From Clostridia bacterium (GTDB lineage: Bacteria; Bacillota; Clostridia; Oscillospirales; CAG-272): a stretch of DNA of 37,752 nucleotides. The notes beneath the pieces are model-generated. The model did not search any database. It was not told the origin of the DNA and saw only the letters and a program-made list of their open reading frames with translations. The translations under genes and the position numbers were made by a program. Of the stretch, positions 28,050 through 36,507 are shown in pieces (within the stretch, counting starts at the first letter, position 1; every line of letters begins with the position of its first letter). Location: positions 1-37,752 of the forward strand of contig JAFVXT010000160.1 in assembly GCA_017501005.1 (NCBI GenBank), read 5' to 3'.

Positions 28050-28265
28050 TTTTCTTACTTTGCATGGGGGCGATACATTGTACACTGTGCCGGGAGAATC
28101 TTTGCGAGTCTGTAAAAAGCGGGCGCCGTCTGCCGCACAGACATAGCCCATTTACATGCTGACTCACGCCGATCCTTCGGCTGCTGTCGCCCGTTTCATC
28201 GGACATACTCCACGAAAATTCCCCGTGTTTTCCACGGCAACCTCTCGCTTCATCGCATATCAAGC
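28050..28265 (-). ncRNA. S10 (rpsJ) leader, putative cis-regulatory RNA
   Basis: About 230-nt 5' UTR containing GCGAUGAAGCGAGAGGUUGCC...GGGAAUUUUCGUGGAGUAUGUCC, which I recognise as conserved upstream of rpsJ in Bacillota (S10-Clostridia-type leader). Confidence 0.7.
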
Positions 28266-28271
28266 CTTACT

Positions 28272-28300
28272 ATTATAGCGTATTTGCCGTTAAAAAGCAA
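28272..28300 (-). promoter_or_regulatory. sigmaA promoter of the S10-spc-alpha operon
   Basis: TTGCTT-17 bp-TATAAT with A/T-rich upstream sequence. Confidence 0.8.
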
Positions 28301-28513
28301 TCCCTTTGCCTCTTTTTGGGATATAGATTTTTGACGAAATTTTTCGGACTTTTTTGTGCATATTGCATAAATATCCCTTTTTTCTCTCTTTTTCGGGCGA
28401 GTTTTCGCAATTGTTTTACTTTCATTGCTTTTTTATTCATCAAATGTTAACGAACATACAGTATAATATATGGTAGGTTTTTGAAATTTGAAAACAGAAA
28501 GGCTTTTCGGATC

Positions 28514-29620
28514 ATGTCAAAATCAACACGCATTGCATTTTCGATCTTTCTTGCGCTTGCATTTTTCCTCTCGGTGTTCATTTCCGCCCTGCGCGTGATG
28601 GCACTTGACGACTTTGAGGCGAGCACGCAGTATTTTGCGCACGGTGCAACGCTTTACCGCACCGTGAACTATCTTTTGCTTGCCGCTGTGCTGATCTTTT
28701 TCGTGTGCGGACTCTACCTGCGCGGAAAGGTTGCGCTTGCCCCCTCCGACCGCGGGATTCCCTTCTATTTTGCAAACGCGGTGCTCGGCACGTCGCTTGC
28801 CGCCTATGCGCTCTTCTCCTTCCCCGTCTTTTTCAGAACGGCGGAGGAGGCCTTCGGTGCATCTCCTCTCACGGATGCGCTGCGACTCTTCTGCACGCTT
28901 TTCGCGGTGGCGGGTGTTTTCTTTTGCATTCACAACTGCCTTTTTCCGAACGCAGAGCGCGGACGCCGCTTGCTCTTCGGTCTGTCGGTCCCTCTCTTTG
29001 CGGTGCTGAACGTGCTTTATCTTTATTTTGATACGACCACACCCCTGAACGCGCCGAACAAGCTCTTCGATCAGTTCACCTACGTGTTCGTGGCGCTTTA
29101 TCTGCTTTACGAGCTGCGCGTGCTCTTCCATGCCCCCCGCTATGCCGCGCAATGCACGTTCGGTCTAATCGCCATGGTCTTTACCGCGGTGAACGGCTTT
29201 CCTTCCTTTATATATATGCTCACGCACGGCGAGCCCCTCAATGTCAATGCCGCCCATGACGCATTGATGATCTCCCTTTTCCTTTACACGGCCATTCGCA
29301 TGCTGCACATGCTCTTTTCCGAGAGCGCACGCGGCGATCGCGTTTTTGATCTTCTCAACCAAGCCGAGCATCCTGCAACTGATTTTGCGCAGCGTGCCGA
29401 CGAAATCGAAGGAGAGGAAGAGACCGAGGATCATTCGCAGCTGACCTTCGATTCTGTCATACCCTCTGAGATTGAAACCATTCCCGACACGGCTCTTGTC
29501 TACGACGTACCGATCGACCTTGACACGGAGATGCCCGAAAAGGCAGAGGAGAGTGCAGAAAAGGGCGAAGAAGAAGCGCAGGAAGCACAAGACTCTGTCC
29601 CGGAGAACGAAAACGCCTGA
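28514..29620 (+). CDS. Uncharacterised polytopic membrane protein (about 8 TM segments) with an acidic C-terminal tail
   Basis: Hydrophobic segments over the first ~270 aa and an E/D-rich tail. ATG 28514 follows AGAAAGG (TTG 28481 is an alternative). TATAAT at 28462-28467. Confidence 0.8.
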   Translation: MSKSTRIAFSIFLALAFFLSVFISALRVMALDDFEASTQYFAHGATLYRTVNYLLLAAVLIFFVCGLYLRGKVALAPSDRGIPFYFANAVLGTSLAAYALFSFPVFFRTAEEAFGASPLTDALRLFCTLFAVAGVFFCIHNCLFPNAERGRRLLFGLSVPLFAVLNVLYLYFDTTTPLNAPNKLFDQFTYVFVALYLLYELRVLFHAPRYAAQCTFGLIAMVFTAVNGFPSFIYMLTHGEPLNVNAAHDALMISLFLYTAIRMLHMLFSESARGDRVFDLLNQAEHPATDFAQRADEIEGEEETEDHSQLTFDSVIPSEIETIPDTALVYDVPIDLDTEMPEKAEESAEKGEEEAQEAQDSVPENENA

Positions 29621-29635
29621 TGGAAAGGAATGACC

Positions 29636-32185
29636 ATGGATAAGCTTCTCGTCATTGACGGAAACAGCATCATCAACCGTGCCTTTTACGGCATTCGTGC
29701 GCTTTCGACGGCAGACGGCCGTCCGACCAACGCCATTTACGGACTGATCAATATCGTGCGCATGCAGCTTGAAAAGCTGCAGCCGACCTATGCCTGCATT
29801 GCCTTTGACGTCAAGGATGCCAATTTCCGCAAAAAGAAATACCCCTTCTACAAGGAGGGGCGGCATCCGACGCCGCCCGAGCTTCTCGCGCAGTTTCCCG
29901 ATGCCAAGGAGTGCATGCGCCTGATGGGGGTGCACACGTTGGAATTACCCGGCTATGAGGCAGACGACATTCTGGCCACAGTTTCGCGCATGGCTGCCGA
30001 GCGTCCGAACACCGAGGCCTATATTCTGACGGGCGACCGCGACCTGTTGCAGACGGTTTCGCCGAACGTGACCGTGCTTTTGGCCACCAACAGCGACACA
30101 GTTCCCTTCACCCCCGAGCATTTCACCGAGGTATACGGCATTTCGCCCTCGCAGTTCGTTGATGTCAAGGCGCTGATGGGAGATTCCTCCGACCACATTC
30201 CCGGGGTGGCGGGCATTGGCGAAAAGACCGCGCTTCGCCTGATCTCCTGCTTCGGCTCACTTGAGAATATTTATGACAATCTGGATCACCCGACTATTAA
30301 GCGCGGTGTGCGCGACAAGCTGGCCGAGGGCAAGGAATGCGCCGAGATCGCCAAGTGGCTGGTGACGGCGGTTTACGATGTACCGATCGGCAAGACGCTG
30401 GACGAGCTTCGCTATCTTGGCAATCGGGCAGGTCTTTACGACAAGCTGATGTCGCTGGAATTCCGTGCGCTCGTGCGCAAGCTCGGCTTGAACGAGAGTC
30501 CGCAGATCAGCCTTTTCGAAGAGAGCCTCCCCGAGGAAAAAATCAAAAGCGTCTCCAAGGACGAGCTTTTTGCGGCGATCGGTGCCGCTACCTTTGCCGT
30601 TTGCCCGACCGAGGACGGCTATCTCTTCTCGTGCGAGGGCAGTGAGCTTCTTTCCTACGTTGGCGATTCGGCCTCGCTTGCTCCGCTTTTCGACGGCAGT
30701 CACGAGGTCATCTGCTACGATGCCAAGGCGCTTTTGCACCGCTTGCACAGCGAGGGCGTCAAATGTGCGTGCGTGCCGCTTGACGTTTTGCTTTATGCGT
30801 ACCTACTGAATCCGACGGGGCATTTGCAAACGCTTTCCTCGGCACTTGATTCGGTGGCGCCTCATCTGCCGAAGGGCAGTGCGCCCTTACCCGCGCCCGC
30901 TTTGCACGCGGTCACGCGCATGCGTCTCTGCGAGCCTATTTTGCGCGAGGCCATCAAGGAGCAGGGCATGCTGACTCTGCTGACCGAGATCGAGCTGCCG
31001 CTTGCGCCCTTGCTTACCGAGATGGAAGAGATCGGCTTTAAGATTCACCGCCGCGGTCTTTCGGATTTTGGCTGCGAGCTTGACGATACCATTGCCGAGC
31101 TGACCGAGGAGATCTACGAGCTGGCAGGCATGACCTTCAATATCAATTCTTCTAAGCAGCTTGGTGAAGTTTTGTTTACAAAGCTGGGATTACCGACGGC
31201 AAAAAAGACCAAGTCGGGCTTCTCAACGAACGTGGAGACGCTTGAAAAGATCGCCGCCTTCCACCCCATCATACCGAAGATCCTCGAATACCGTCATCTG
31301 ACCAAGCTCCGTTCGACCTACGTGACGGCGCTTTTGCGTCAGGCAGACGAAAACGGCCGCGTGCATACCACCTTCAAGCAGGCGTTGACGGCCACGGGGC
31401 GGCTTTCCTCAACCGATCCCAACCTGCAAAACATTCCGATCCGCACGCCGCTTGGCCGTGAGATGCGCCGCTTCTTCATTGCCGAGGACGACGATCACGT
31501 GCTGATTGATGCCGACTATTCGCAGATCGAGCTGCGCTTGCTTGCGCATTTGTCGGGCGACCGCACGATGATCGAGGCCTTCCGTGCGGAGGAGGACATT
31601 CACACCAAAACCGCCTCGCTTGTTTTCGGTGTCTCTGAAAACGAGGTGACCGAGGAGATGCGCAAGCGCGCCAAGGCGGTCAATTTCGGCATTGTGTACG
31701 GCATCGGCGCTTTCTCGCTTTCAGAGGATCTGAAGATCTCCACGGCGCAGGCGAAGCGCTATATCGAGGATTATCTTGCCACCTATCCGTCCATTGACGT
31801 CTACCGCCAAAAAACCGTTGAGGACGCCAAGGAAAACGGCTATTCGGAAACGCTTCTCGGCCGCCGCCGTTACATTCCCGAGCTTGCCGCCTCCAATAAA
31901 AACACGCAGGCCTTCGGCTGCCGCATTGCCATGAACAGTCCGATCCAGGGCAGCGCGACCGACATCATCAAGCTTGCCATGATCCGCACGGCCGACCGCT
32001 TACGAAGCGAATGTCCCGAGGCGCATCTCATTATGCAGGTGCATGACGAGCTGATCGTCGAATCGCCCCGCGCGTGTGCCGAATCGGCCGCCAAGATTCT
32101 CCGCGAGGAGATGGAGAACGCCTACCGCGTGAGCGTGCCGCTGACCGTTGATCTCATGATTGCGGACAATTGGCTTGGGGAGTAA
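29636..32185 (+). CDS. polA: DNA polymerase I
   Basis: 5' nuclease DGNS..RAF and YEADD; polymerase TGRLSS..PNLQNIP, DYSQIELR, KAVNFGIVYG and QVHDEL. Start is 29636 or 29630. Confidence 0.98.
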   Translation: MDKLLVIDGNSIINRAFYGIRALSTADGRPTNAIYGLINIVRMQLEKLQPTYACIAFDVKDANFRKKKYPFYKEGRHPTPPELLAQFPDAKECMRLMGVHTLELPGYEADDILATVSRMAAERPNTEAYILTGDRDLLQTVSPNVTVLLATNSDTVPFTPEHFTEVYGISPSQFVDVKALMGDSSDHIPGVAGIGEKTALRLISCFGSLENIYDNLDHPTIKRGVRDKLAEGKECAEIAKWLVTAVYDVPIGKTLDELRYLGNRAGLYDKLMSLEFRALVRKLGLNESPQISLFEESLPEEKIKSVSKDELFAAIGAATFAVCPTEDGYLFSCEGSELLSYVGDSASLAPLFDGSHEVICYDAKALLHRLHSEGVKCACVPLDVLLYAYLLNPTGHLQTLSSALDSVAPHLPKGSAPLPAPALHAVTRMRLCEPILREAIKEQGMLTLLTEIELPLAPLLTEMEEIGFKIHRRGLSDFGCELDDTIAELTEEIYELAGMTFNINSSKQLGEVLFTKLGLPTAKKTKSGFSTNVETLEKIAAFHPIIPKILEYRHLTKLRSTYVTALLRQADENGRVHTTFKQALTATGRLSSTDPNLQNIPIRTPLGREMRRFFIAEDDDHVLIDADYSQIELRLLAHLSGDRTMIEAFRAEEDIHTKTASLVFGVSENEVTEEMRKRAKAVNFGIVYGIGAFSLSEDLKISTAQAKRYIEDYLATYPSIDVYRQKTVEDAKENGYSETLLGRRRYIPELAASNKNTQAFGCRIAMNSPIQGSATDIIKLAMIRTADRLRSECPEAHLIMQVHDELIVESPRACAESAAKILREEMENAYRVSVPLTVDLMIADNWLGE

Positions 32186-32255
32186 GCAAAAAAGCGCAAC
32201 GGAACTTGCGACGAAGCCTATGGCTTTTGACGCGCAACCTCTTGCGCATTGACAA

Positions 32256-32297
32256 CAAAAGAACGCATCTGCCGCGGCAGATGCGTTCTTTGCTTTT
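32256..32297. terminator. Bidirectional terminator between polA and nnr
   Basis: AAAGAACGCATCTGC-CGCG-GCAGATGCGTTCTTT, flanked by A and T runs. Confidence 0.8.
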
Positions 32298-32306
32298 ATC
32301 ATTCTG

Positions 32307-33872
32307 TCATTTTTGCGCTTCCTTGGCGATCTGCAGCGGCAGATCCGAGGGGAGCACGCCCGCTTCGCCGAGCGTTTCGGCAAGAACCTCGCCCGCCCGA
32401 CCGTGCAGGTAAGCGCCGAGTGCGGCGGCTTCAAAGACGGGCAAGCCTTGGGCAACGTAGGAGGCAACGAGTCCTGCCAGCACGTCGCCGCTGCCCCCCT
32501 TCGAGAGCGCGGTATTGCCGCTTGTGTTCACGCAGACGCGGCCGTCGGGCGCGGCGATGACCGAGCCCTTGCCCTTTAAAAGCACGGTGACCTCATAGCG
32601 TTTTGCAAAGGCGCGGGCAAGCGCAAGACGGTTTTTTTGCACCTCCTCCACGCTTTTGCCGATCAGACGCGCAAATTCCTGTGGGTGAGGCGTTAACAAA
32701 ACTTCACCCTTGCAGAAGGAAAAGCAATCGAAAAGATCATTTTGGGGATCGGAAAGCACATTCAGCGCATCGGCATCGAGAACGGTGGGTGCGGTGCGGT
32801 GCAAAAGAAGCACGCGAAGGAGATTGGCCAGCCCCTCGCTTCGGCCGCATCCCGAGCCGACCAGGACCGCATCGGCGCGGGGGAGCGCATCGACAAGGCG
32901 TTGTGCCGTCTCAAGGTCCAGGGGTGCGATCGGCGCAACGCGATGGCAAACAGCCTCGGGGGTACGCGCGAGCAAGGCATCGCACACCTCGTCCTCGCCA
33001 ACGTAGCGCAAAAGCCCGATACCGCCGCGCAAGGCGGCTTCGGCTGCAAGAAGCGCCGCACCGCGATAGAGGCGGCTGCCCGTGAACGAGAGCAGCGTGC
33101 CGAAGCTGCCCTTGTGGCCTTCGCTCAGACGGAGGGGGCGCAGTTTTTTGGCGTCCTCGCCGTCCATGACAATATCTTGCAAATGAAAGTTGTCCTTAAT
33201 CTCTTTGATCGGCAGACCGAGAGAGTCATAGAAAAATTCGCCTGCATAGCGCGCGGCGGGATAGGAATGCGTGCCGATCTTCGGGAAGCTCAATTCGACC
33301 GTGGCATCGAAAAAGAAGGCTTCCTCATGCGCCGTGCCGTTTTCGGCATTGATGCCCAGAGGGCAATCCACGCTGACGCAAAACGCACCTTCCCCTTTTT
33401 CGGAGAGGCGTTTCCCGCTGACCTCGTGAAGGGTGCGAAGAAGCCAGAGCGCCTCCTCGGGCAGGCTTTCTCGCGCACCGACACCGAAGACCGCCTCGAC
33501 CACGCAATCGGCGCGGAAAAGCTCCTCCCGCACGTCCTCCGTGCCGTAGAGCATACGGGCATCGGGCGAGGCGAGATAGGCGGCAAGCGCGCGCTTGCCC
33601 TCTTCGGTGCGCTGTCCTGCCGCAAAGAGATCGACCGCGCACACGCGCATGCCGTGCTCGAGCATGAGCTTGGCTGCCGCATAGCCGTCGCCGCCGTTAT
33701 TACCGCCGCCGCAGAGGACGAGCACACGCGGGCTCTTTTTGTTCACTTTTGTTTGCACACACTTAAAAACGGCCTCACCTGCGCGCTGCATGAGCGTATC
33801 GGTGGGGATTCCCAATTTTTCTTCTGCATACTGATCGATCCTGCGGATCATATCCGGCTTGACTGCAACCAT
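32307..33872 (-). CDS. nnr: Bifunctional NAD(P)H-hydrate epimerase/dehydratase (NnrE-NnrD)
   Basis: GNNGGDG, HKGSFG, DADAL, TPHPQEFARL and GGSGDVLAG motifs. Start moved to ATG 33872, 6 nt after GGAG. Confidence 0.93.
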   Translation of the reverse strand: MVAVKPDMIRRIDQYAEEKLGIPTDTLMQRAGEAVFKCVQTKVNKKSPRVLVLCGGGNNGGDGYAAAKLMLEHGMRVCAVDLFAAGQRTEEGKRALAAYLASPDARMLYGTEDVREELFRADCVVEAVFGVGARESLPEEALWLLRTLHEVSGKRLSEKGEGAFCVSVDCPLGINAENGTAHEEAFFFDATVELSFPKIGTHSYPAARYAGEFFYDSLGLPIKEIKDNFHLQDIVMDGEDAKKLRPLRLSEGHKGSFGTLLSFTGSRLYRGAALLAAEAALRGGIGLLRYVGEDEVCDALLARTPEAVCHRVAPIAPLDLETAQRLVDALPRADAVLVGSGCGRSEGLANLLRVLLLHRTAPTVLDADALNVLSDPQNDLFDCFSFCKGEVLLTPHPQEFARLIGKSVEEVQKNRLALARAFAKRYEVTVLLKGKGSVIAAPDGRVCVNTSGNTALSKGGSGDVLAGLVASYVAQGLPVFEAAALGAYLHGRAGEVLAETLGEAGVLPSDLPLQIAKEAQK

Positions 33873-33914
33873 CAAAATCTCCATTCTGCCGCGCGGCGGC
33901 ACACCTTTTTCTTC

Positions 33915-33943
33915 ATTTTACCATGTTCGGCGCAAAAAATCAA
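33915..33943 (-). promoter_or_regulatory. sigmaA promoter of nnr
   Basis: TTGATT-17 bp-TAAAAT with an extended TG. Confidence 0.65.
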
Positions 33944-33985
33944 GTGTGCGCGCTTGGTATTTTCCATAAATTTTCGCTGATACTC

Positions 33986-34014
33986 TTTACTTTTTTGGGC
34001 AAATATGTTATAAT
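33986..34014 (+). promoter_or_regulatory. sigmaA promoter of the cytidylate-kinase-like gene
   Basis: TTTACT-17 bp-TATAAT with an extended TG. Confidence 0.72.
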
Positions 34015-34074
34015 AGAGCTGACAAGTGATCAGATACGATCATATGTCAAAAGACAAGCGAAGGAGGTTTTGTT

Positions 34075-34701
34075 ATGTCCAAAAAAATCATCATCACCAT
34101 TGCGCGGCAATACGGAAGCGGCGGACGCGAGATCGGCGAAAAAGTGGCCGCCCTGCTCTCGATTCCCTGCTACGACCGTGAGCTGATCACCATGTCTGCG
34201 CAAAAGGAAAATATCAGTCCCGAAATTGCCGAAAACGCGGACGAGGTGGCGGCGAACAGCCTGCTTTACACGCTGGCCGTCGGCTCGAACCCCTTTGGCG
34301 CGGCGCACCTTTTCGGCTACACCATGCCTCTCAACGACCGTCTGTTCGTTTTGCAGTCGGATCTGATCCGCCGTCTTGCCGAGAAGGAAAGCTGTGTGAT
34401 CGTCGGCCGCTGTGCCGATCACGTTCTGCGCGAGCACCCCGGCCGCTTGAGCGTCTTCGTCTATGCCAATCTTGAGGACCGCCGCGCACGCGTGGCCTCC
34501 CGCCACGATATCAGCGAGGGGAAGGCGCTTGATCTCATCAACAAGACCGACCGCCGCCGTGCCTCCTACTACAATTTCTATACGGGCAGTAAATGGGGAC
34601 GCTACGACAATTACCACCTGGCGATCAACAGCTCGACCCTTGGCATTGACGAAACCGCCGCTTTGATTGCCGAATGTGCCAAAAGGAAGATCGGACGCTG
34701 A
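34075..34701 (+). CDS. Cytidylate kinase-like family protein
   Basis: ITIARQYGSGGREIG, CVIVGRCAD, D.RRASYYNFYTG.KWG and YHLAINS motifs. AAGGAGG RBS. Confidence 0.9.
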   Translation: MSKKIIITIARQYGSGGREIGEKVAALLSIPCYDRELITMSAQKENISPEIAENADEVAANSLLYTLAVGSNPFGAAHLFGYTMPLNDRLFVLQSDLIRRLAEKESCVIVGRCADHVLREHPGRLSVFVYANLEDRRARVASRHDISEGKALDLINKTDRRRASYYNFYTGSKWGRYDNYHLAINSSTLGIDETAALIAECAKRKIGR

Positions 34702-34723
34702 CGCGCACCGCAGGTTTTCTTGA

Positions 34724-35467
<744 letters not shown>

Positions 35468-35470
35468 GCG

Positions 35471-36448
35471 ATGAGAGAGCTGCGAATCGGCAAAAACGAT
35501 GCAGGTCAGCGCGTGGATAAGTTTCTTTCCAAGGCGCTATGCAACATGCCGCCGTCGCTTCTCTACAAATCCATTCGCACAAAAAAGATCAAATTGAACC
35601 GCGCACGCGTCACCCCCTCCCGAATCCTCGAGGAGGGGGATACTTTACAGCTTTTTTTGCGTGATGAATTTTTCGGAGATGCTGACGCTGACCAAAACGA
35701 GACCGTCCGCCGACTCAAGTCGGTCACGCCGCACGTAACCCCCCTTTACGAGGACGAGCATATCATTTTGCTTCATAAGCGGCCGGGTGTTTCGGTGCAC
35801 GAGGACGAAAATCAGACCACCGACAACCTGATCACCCACCTGCAGGCTTATCTTTACAAAAAGGGCGCGTACGATCCTGCGTCCGAGCAATCCTTTGCAC
35901 CCGCGCTTTGCAACCGCATTGACCGCAACACGGGCGGTATTGTGATTGCCGCCAAGGATGCCGAGGCTTTGCGCATCATGAACGAAAAAATCCGCGGCCG
36001 CGAGATCGACAAATACTATCTCGCGGCGGTACACGGCACGCCAAGGCCTCCCGAGGCCGTGCTTTCGGCTTATCTTTACAAGCACGAAAAGGGCAATATC
36101 GTCACGGTTTCCGACCGCCCGAGCGGACGGCAGGGCGAAAAGGATATCCGCACGGGCTATCGCGTGCTCAAAAGCAAAAACGGCCTTTCCTTACTTGAGG
36201 TGCGGCTGTTCACGGGGCGCACGCACCAGATCCGCGCCCATATGGCGCACGTCGGGCATCCCCTGCTCGGCGACGGCAAATACGGCATCAACCGTGCCGA
36301 CGCGCAAAGGGGCTACAAGCACCAGGCCCTTTACGCCTATAAGCTTCGCTTCTCCTTCAAGGGCGAAGAGAATCTGCTTTCCTATCTTGACGGACGGGAA
36401 TTTTCCATTCCGCCCGAGGATATTTATTTCACAGAATTATTCAAGTAA
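35471..36448 (+). CDS. RluA/RluC-family pseudouridine synthase with N-terminal S4 domain
   Basis: GQRVDKFL, NRIDRNTGG (catalytic Asp), TGRTHQIRAH and GDGKYG motifs. Confidence 0.93.
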   Translation: MRELRIGKNDAGQRVDKFLSKALCNMPPSLLYKSIRTKKIKLNRARVTPSRILEEGDTLQLFLRDEFFGDADADQNETVRRLKSVTPHVTPLYEDEHIILLHKRPGVSVHEDENQTTDNLITHLQAYLYKKGAYDPASEQSFAPALCNRIDRNTGGIVIAAKDAEALRIMNEKIRGREIDKYYLAAVHGTPRPPEAVLSAYLYKHEKGNIVTVSDRPSGRQGEKDIRTGYRVLKSKNGLSLLEVRLFTGRTHQIRAHMAHVGHPLLGDGKYGINRADAQRGYKHQALYAYKLRFSFKGEENLLSYLDGREFSIPPEDIYFTELFK

Positions 36449-36507
36449 ATTTTTATTTGCATTTTGCCCGATACGAGCCGCGCTCGAGGGGCGGAAAGGA
36501 GAAGCGC

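Noticed and set aside
12170-28162. Many long plus-strand ORFs (for example 16978-18597 539 aa, 21454-22740 428 aa, 25327-26349 340 aa)
   Set aside because: They are antisense shadows of highly expressed genes with biased codon usage, with no RBS or recognisable motifs.
28444-28467. LexA (Cheo) box upstream of the membrane protein-polA unit
   Set aside because: CGAACATACAGTAT has only one GAAC half-site and does not fit GAAC-N4-GTTC. The ATGTT-N4-AACAT palindrome is too short to support.
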